A stretch of DNA of 38,721 nt. It comes from a virus. Taxonomy: Duplodnaviria > Caudoviricetes. A program made the translations under genes and the position numbers. Shown one piece after another: positions 33,632 through 38,721 of the stretch (its first letter is position 1; every line of letters begins with the position of its first letter). Below the pieces are notes generated by a model. That model ran no database searches, was not told the DNA's origin, and saw only the letters and a list, made by a program, of their open reading frames with translations. The stretch spans positions 1-38,721 of the IMG/VR virus record IMGVR_UViG_3300035666_000068; one strand, given 5' to 3'.

Positions 33632-34157
33632 CGAATAGGTTTGAGATCATCTCGCCAGAAAAATCAGTTGTAGCGTTCACAACCGCAGTTCTAAAACCTC
33701 GTGTCTCTGGGTCATCAAGCGGGTACTTCTCGAGCACCGCTTTAACCTCGTCGGGAGTGAGATCTAGAAACGGTCTCGCCTTACCTGGGATGGGTCGATC
33801 CTGGCCGTATGTTCCTCGGATGTTCCCGTCTGCTCTCGCGTTCTCTTCAGTGCCGTTCTCGAACCCGATGCGGATCTTGTTCCCTTCGGTTGAGAGAACG
33901 TCCATCGAGTCGAGCATGTCGCCCGAGAGGGTGAGGTCAACGGTCGAGTCCTTGCCCGCGATCTTAAACTCTAGGCTCTTCTTGTACTCGTCGGAGTACT
34001 TCCCAGCCCCACCGCCCCACTCCTTACCGCCTGGCCCTTTGCCCTCTTTAGTACGGTCGCGGATGTACGATACTAGGTCACGAGCAATAGCCCGACGCTC
34101 CTCTTCGGTGTACGCCGGGCTTACCTTGATATCTCTAAACTGGTGTTTAGCTGCCAC
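33615..34157 (-). CDS. Virion morphogenesis (Mu gpG-like) protein
   Basis: IRDRTKEGK, DLTLSGDMLDSM, RPFLDL. Confidence 0.65.
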   Translation of the reverse strand: MAAKHQFRDIKVSPAYTEEERRAIARDLVSYIRDRTKEGKGPGGKEWGGGAGKYSDEYKKSLEFKIAGKDSTVDLTLSGDMLDSMDVLSTEGNKIRIGFENGTEENARADGNIRGTYGQDRPIPGKARPFLDLTPDEVKAVLEKYPLDDPETRGFRTAVVNATTDFSGEMISNLFGEDDE

Positions 34158-35601
34158 TTACTTCTTCGCTGGTTTCTTCTTCGTTGGCTTCTTCGACTTC
34201 GGTGCTTTCATCTAGTTTCTCCTCTCCACTGGTCTCAACCGTAATTTCTTCCGGCTGGAGTTCGGAGAGTAGTTCATCAATCTGTTCTTGTGAATGATCA
34301 GGGTAGAGTTTTTTTAGAGCCATCTCTCTGGTCATGAGTCCGAGTGCGATCTGGTCCTTCACTTCCCGTAAGACCTGCTCGAAGTTCTGATTCGGGAGTT
34401 GTTCTCTGAAGAGCACCTCGACCTTTGCCCGCGACGAGAAGGAAAGTTTCTGCTCGTATCCAGCGTTACGCATCCACACGGGGTGCATCTTCTGGAGTAC
34501 CAAATCCCAGAGCTGCTCTTCGGCTTCCTTGAAGAACGGGATCTGCTTCTGCCTATCATCCGAGGTGTCCATCTCGTCCACCATCTTAGAAATACCAGAT
34601 GCGAAGTTCTCGGTAGTGAGTTGACCCACAGCCCCAGGACGGATGCCCTTTGATTGCAGCCACATGGAGAGCTCGGCTTGGATTAGGGCGATGACCTTGT
34701 CAGTATCGACCTCAGGCTTAATCATCCCGATCTTAGGCTCTGTGCCCTTTGAAGGGTCTGACTTGAATCGCCAGAAAGCGTTAGGAGACATCTTGATATT
34801 CTCCTCGTCCACGTCGATACCGTAGAGGATCGAGAAGGACTGATACATAACCGCGAAGTTAAGGTCAGAGAGCAGCACTGGTATGAGTGTGGTCATGCGC
34901 TGCATATCGGTATCCATGACAGGCATGAGAGCAGTCGCGGACTTCACCGAGTACACGAACGGAATAGCTCCGTAAGGGTTACCGCCGTCCATGCGCATTT
35001 GATTCATCATGTCGGTCTGCACGTTACCGTTTGAGTCCTGAATGATGAACTCATCGTCGGTGTAGACGTAGAGGATCGTTAATTCTCGGCCTGACTTATC
35101 CGCACGCTTCCCCATGACCTTGATGAAATGTGTGGGGCGGTTGGGCTCCACCATGTCGGTCGACACAACGAAGAACCTATCGGATGGGAGAGCGCGAAGG
35201 CGTGGCATCAAATTCCTGTTAAGGTACGGCTCTACTGCGAAGTTCTTAAACAGGTTGAAGTAGTTATTGCAGATCCCCATGGCGATATTGGGCTGCATTT
35301 GTTTCTCGTACCAGCCGAACACTTCCTTATCGGTGTCGTTTCCTTCAATGACCAGGCGTTGCGGCGGCTTTAGATACAGGCCCGATTGTTTATCGACGAT
35401 CTTCTTTAGGACGTTGATCGGTGCCGCGCGGTGCTCAATCTGCTTGTAGACCTGCTGAGAGACTTGATTCTTAATTTGATACAGCACGTAAGGGAGGAGA
35501 TTCCCCTCGAAGATATCGTACAGCTCGGCGTTATGGGTGAGACGGTCGAGGTTAGACTTGTAGGCCGCCGCGATCATCTTCGTTTCTTGTGCAAGGCTCA
35601 T
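34147..35601 (-). CDS. Portal protein (SPP1-like)
   Basis: 484 aa after terL; NPYGAIPFV, ASGISK; acidic tail. Confidence 0.85.
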   Translation of the reverse strand: MSLAQETKMIAAAYKSNLDRLTHNAELYDIFEGNLLPYVLYQIKNQVSQQVYKQIEHRAAPINVLKKIVDKQSGLYLKPPQRLVIEGNDTDKEVFGWYEKQMQPNIAMGICNNYFNLFKNFAVEPYLNRNLMPRLRALPSDRFFVVSTDMVEPNRPTHFIKVMGKRADKSGRELTILYVYTDDEFIIQDSNGNVQTDMMNQMRMDGGNPYGAIPFVYSVKSATALMPVMDTDMQRMTTLIPVLLSDLNFAVMYQSFSILYGIDVDEENIKMSPNAFWRFKSDPSKGTEPKIGMIKPEVDTDKVIALIQAELSMWLQSKGIRPGAVGQLTTENFASGISKMVDEMDTSDDRQKQIPFFKEAEEQLWDLVLQKMHPVWMRNAGYEQKLSFSSRAKVEVLFREQLPNQNFEQVLREVKDQIALGLMTREMALKKLYPDHSQEQIDELLSELQPEEITVETSGEEKLDESTEVEEANEEETSEEVSGS

Positions 35602-36842
35602 AGCTCGATAGTCTCCTGTGGGCGACGGTTCCCGACGATGTGCTGCCAGTAAATATAATACCCAAGCGCGTCTGCTTTGTGCCCTAAGTTATTTTTATCA
35701 GACGGAAAGCGCCCGTCGAGGGGCTGAGATGAGAGGTCACGAATTAACTCGCTGCATGACGGGTCGATCTCCACTCGGTGAGTTCCTACGGCTGACATGA
35801 GGTAGGAGTTAACTGCGGAGACGCGGTCAATGATTGCTGGGTTCTTAGCCATGACCTTGGTTTGGAAGCGGTAACCGTGGTGGGTGAGGAGCTCGGTGAT
35901 GTAGTGGTAGTCCGAGAACCCTGTGGTCGAGTGGCGGTTAGACCCTGCCGCATCCCCGTGGACGAAGAGGTGGAGTTTCTCTTTCAAGTGGGCGTAGTCT
36001 TGGCAGAACTTCTTCACCGTCTCGATGGTCGAGGAGTTCTTTAAAGAATACTCCCGCTTAACTCTGTGTAGCTCTTGGTTCTGGATCAAGAGCAGCGAGG
36101 TGGGGTTCACGTTGAAGTCAAAGGTCAGTGCGAGAGGGAGCTCGGGGTTGATCTCGGGCTGTTTCTTGATGTGCACGTTCTCGTTAAAGGTGTAGTAGGC
36201 GAGCCCCTCGAAGGACTCCCATGTTGCCTCGTACTCTTGTCGGAATGACCGCTCATCGAGTTCTCTTTTGGCGTTCTCGATCTCTTCCTTATCGACCCCA
36301 GGGTTATCGTAGGTTGACCAGTAGTGATACGACCAGTCTTCCGGCTGTCGCATGATATCTAGATAGAAATCATATGCGTCCGTTCCCTTACCGTTTGGGG
36401 TGGTGGTGATTACTGCTCTGCCCTTGCGGTCTGAGAGGGCTGGTCGTACTGCACGCCAGATATCTTTAAGGGGCTTTGAAAAGAACGCGACCTCGTCAAG
36501 GCATACGAGCCCTGCCGCGTGACCACGGATGCGAGATATCTTCTCTGCTCCGATGAGGAAGATCGCACGACGCCCAGGGAGTTCAATCCGCTGCTTTGAT
36601 ACGAGTGCCTTATACGATGCCCCGAGGTTGTATAGCCGCTCTTCAAGGGGCTCCCACATGAGTTCCATCGCTTGCATGTGAGACGGTGCGACCACGAACG
36701 CCTCTGTGCGTGGCTCGAACTTCGCTACCTCTTCGAGAATGATCTCCCGAACTCCAACGGTCTTGCCTCCGCGCCGTCCCGCCAGTGCAAAGCGGTGACG
36801 TGTCTTGTCCTTACGGAATGCGTACTGCTTGGAGTGGTTCAA
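35598..36842 (-). CDS. terL: Terminase large subunit
   Basis: Walker A AGRRGGKT, Walker B CLDE, TTP coupling motif, nuclease DFN and H.ADALGY. Confidence 0.95.
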   Translation of the reverse strand: MNHSKQYAFRKDKTRHRFALAGRRGGKTVGVREIILEEVAKFEPRTEAFVVAPSHMQAMELMWEPLEERLYNLGASYKALVSKQRIELPGRRAIFLIGAEKISRIRGHAAGLVCLDEVAFFSKPLKDIWRAVRPALSDRKGRAVITTTPNGKGTDAYDFYLDIMRQPEDWSYHYWSTYDNPGVDKEEIENAKRELDERSFRQEYEATWESFEGLAYYTFNENVHIKKQPEINPELPLALTFDFNVNPTSLLLIQNQELHRVKREYSLKNSSTIETVKKFCQDYAHLKEKLHLFVHGDAAGSNRHSTTGFSDYHYITELLTHHGYRFQTKVMAKNPAIIDRVSAVNSYLMSAVGTHRVEIDPSCSELIRDLSSQPLDGRFPSDKNNLGHKADALGYYIYWQHIVGNRRPQETIEL

Positions 36843-37345
36843 GCTGGAGGGTCCGACGGGTCGTCGTAGAGGTAAAGAGTTTTGTTCTCGTCGTCTGCGA
36901 TATCAAACTTCTCTAGGAGAGCGACGAGGGCCTTAGCTTTGTCGTGCATCTTGAACTTGAGTGTGTGGCCGTTGTTCGTGACTGTCTCGGTGACCTCTGC
37001 GACGGCTGCGGTGACTTCTTTCGGCAGTTCTTCGGAGCTCGAATAGTGCACGCCTGAGTTATCCCACTTGATGACTTCCTCGACGTTGGCGAAAGCGATC
37101 TTGGAAAGTTCCTTCAGCACTCGCCCCTTAGTGATGTGTAGCCGCTTCAACTGCCGATCACGTTCTCGACGTATCGCGTCTTGAATATTAGCTTTTTTTA
37201 ATAATTTATGCGCCGTGACAGCGGATGAGGAGTAGCTTTTAGATGGGTATCCCGCTGCTTCGTAAGCGCGTGTTGCGTTTTGGTCCTCGAGGTATTCAAG
37301 GACGAACTTTAGTTCTCTCTCGGAGAGTTCGCCGCGTTTGGGCAT
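36839..37345 (-). CDS. terS: Terminase small subunit
   Basis: FVLEYL.DQNATRAY.AAGY, VLKELSKIAF, KMHDK.KAL. Confidence 0.92.
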   Translation of the reverse strand: MPKRGELSERELKFVLEYLEDQNATRAYEAAGYPSKSYSSSAVTAHKLLKKANIQDAIRRERDRQLKRLHITKGRVLKELSKIAFANVEEVIKWDNSGVHYSSSEELPKEVTAAVAEVTETVTNNGHTLKFKMHDKAKALVALLEKFDIADDENKTLYLYDDPSDPPA

Positions 37346-37350
37346 AGGTC

Positions 37351-37371
37351 TAGGATATCACTCTGAGTTAA
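37351..37371 (-). promoter_or_regulatory. Probable late promoter with extended -10 (TG-A-TATCCT)
   Basis: Hexamer ends 6 nt before terS ATG; the 21-mer recurs upstream of the scaffold gene. Confidence 0.5.
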
Positions 37372-37447
37372 AAGCAAAAGCAAGGCGTGCGCCCCGCGTT
37401 ATCATAAATCATGGTTCGTGATTTGTGTTGCAACATTTTGGGGAAAT

Positions 37448-37696
37448 TCAATGAAGCGGCGCCCCGTCCTCGGGCATGGGCTCTACAACCTGGGAGTCCG
37501 TGGCGAGCATCCAGATCACGAAAGCGTGAACCGAGCAGCGAAGGTGAGAGGTCCCGTGCTGACCTGATTTGTAGAGGTCTTTAGCGATTTGATAAATCTG
37601 CTCCCACTCCTCGTCGGTGATGGTTTCCATAGAGATTTCGCGGGTCATTTGGGGTCTAGGTACTTGTACATTTGTTTTCTTCGGCACTGATGACAA
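37448..37696 (-). CDS. Hypothetical protein
   Basis: GAGG before TTG; 82-aa ORF. Confidence 0.55.
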   Translation of the reverse strand: MSSVPKKTNVQVPRPQMTREISMETITDEEWEQIYQIAKDLYKSGQHGTSHLRCSVHAFVIWMLATDSQVVEPMPEDGAPLH

Positions 37697-37852
37697 AGCC
37701 TCTGGAAGCGCGAGTCCGTCTTAAACTTCGTCTTGCACTCGGGCCCAAGGCAGACCCTTAGGATTAGTTTCGGTTTCGGCTTCCCTGCCATGAATAGAAT
37801 CTTAAGCGTGTTTTTAGTTGTGTGTCACCCCGAGTGGGTCACCATTTAATTA

Positions 37853-38551
37853 ATGGCATATGATCTCGACCCGTCTCGTTGGCTCGTGATCTCGGATCTA
37901 CAGATCCCATTTCATCATCAACACGCGCTAGAGTTCTGTAAGTACGTCGTGAAGCACTACCGAATCCCTTCGGAGAATATTCTGTGCATAGGCGATGAAC
38001 TGGATAATTATTTCGGTGGGTTATGGCCTAAAGACCCGAACGCGAACCACTCGGCGATGGGAGAGATCCAAGCCTCTCTTGAGGAGTTGCGTAAGTGGTA
38101 TCAGACTTTCCCTGAGATGCGTCTCGCTATTTCAAACCACGGCACTCGGTGGATGAGGAAAGCAACACAGGCCGAGATCCCATCAATCATGCTCCGCCGT
38201 TACGAGGACGTGCTTGAAGCCCCTGCGGGATGGCGATGGCAGAAGACCTGGAAGGTTCCCTGTAAGTACCCGTTCATGATCGAGCACGGGGATGCTCATG
38301 GGGGTCAGACACCACACAAACAAGCGGCAATGCTTAACGGGATCTCGACTGCAATCGGACACTTCCACTCGATAGCAGGAGTGGAGTACATGAAAACCAA
38401 TGGCATGAATGTTTGGGGATTATGTACAGGGTCACTAATTGATTTCGAGCAGTACGCATTCCACTACGCTCGGGATGCGAAACTAAAACCCCAGATCGGG
38501 GTTGGCGTGGTCGTTGACGATGGTCGGTGGGCACAATGGATTCCGCTCTAG
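37853..38551 (+). CDS. Calcineurin-like metallophosphoesterase (allele 2)
   Basis: 14 of 232 residues differ from 28-726 by manual alignment; all catalytic motifs kept. Confidence 0.85.
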   Translation: MAYDLDPSRWLVISDLQIPFHHQHALEFCKYVVKHYRIPSENILCIGDELDNYFGGLWPKDPNANHSAMGEIQASLEELRKWYQTFPEMRLAISNHGTRWMRKATQAEIPSIMLRRYEDVLEAPAGWRWQKTWKVPCKYPFMIEHGDAHGGQTPHKQAAMLNGISTAIGHFHSIAGVEYMKTNGMNVWGLCTGSLIDFEQYAFHYARDAKLKPQIGVGVVVDDGRWAQWIPL

Positions 38552-38721
38552 ATTTTAATCAATTCGCCGGACGGATGGTCAGTGTGAACTATTTCGAGTC
38601 TGACCGCTGGGTGGATGGCCGATTAGTTCGTCAAGTGTCACTTGGCGAGGATCTTTCGTTTCTAGTTCTTGAACTTCAAAACGGTTCTGAGTTTTTAGTT
38701 GATCTTCAACACTTGATAGCC
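38536..38721 (+). CDS. Second copy of the 711-950 ORF, truncated by window end
   Basis: MDSALDFNQFAGRMVSV... open to the end of the sequence. Confidence 0.65.
   Translation, partial: MDSALDFNQFAGRMVSVNYFESDRWVDGRLVRQVSLGEDLSFLVLELQNGSEFLVDLQHLIA

Larger units (their letters stand above)
1..38721. mobile_element. Complete or near-complete tailed bacteriophage genome (siphovirus-like, long non-contractile tail), unit length 37,825 bp
   Basis: Terminase, portal, capsid, tail tube, tape measure, lysis, replication and recombination genes; ends overlap by an 896-bp repeat; no host housekeeping genes; no sheath gene seen. Confidence 0.95.
37826..38721 (+). repeat. Right copy of imperfect direct terminal repeat
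   Basis: Colinear with 1-896. Confidence 0.97.

Noticed and set aside
37826-38721. Diverged repeat as a DGR template/variable repeat pair
   Set aside because: No reverse transcriptase; differences involve all four bases, are mostly synonymous and span about 850 bp
1-38721. Stop-codon reassignment or CRISPR mini-array
   Set aside because: Standard code gives dense intact genes ending in TAA, TAG and TGA; no regularly spaced repeats seen

Overview
The window looks like one complete tailed-phage genome (Caudoviricetes, siphovirus-type, unit length 37,825 bp). It is opened at an 896-bp imperfect direct terminal repeat (1-896 and 37826-38721) carrying two alleles of a metallophosphoesterase gene. 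Left part, minus strand: small regulators, an HNH nuclease and a replication initiator. Plus strand: a cellulose-synthase-like GT2, a defensin-like peptide, a Gp157/SSAP/SSB recombination module, an IbrB(ParB)-X-IbrA(PAPS-reductase-like) module, a probable structured ncRNA and a small exported beta-protein. The long minus-strand late region runs terS, terL, portal, two paralogous morphogenesis proteins, scaffold, major capsid, decoration protein, an A+T-rich accessory structural block, tail genes with a lambda-type GGGAAAG frameshift, tape measure, tail tip, a signal-peptide-bearing fibre-like protein, the lysis cassette (amidase, spanins, implying a diderm host) and VRR-NUC. I recognised no integrase, DNA polymerase, tRNA, CRISPR array or reverse transcriptase. 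All family calls come from motifs and gene order read by eye; no database search was run.
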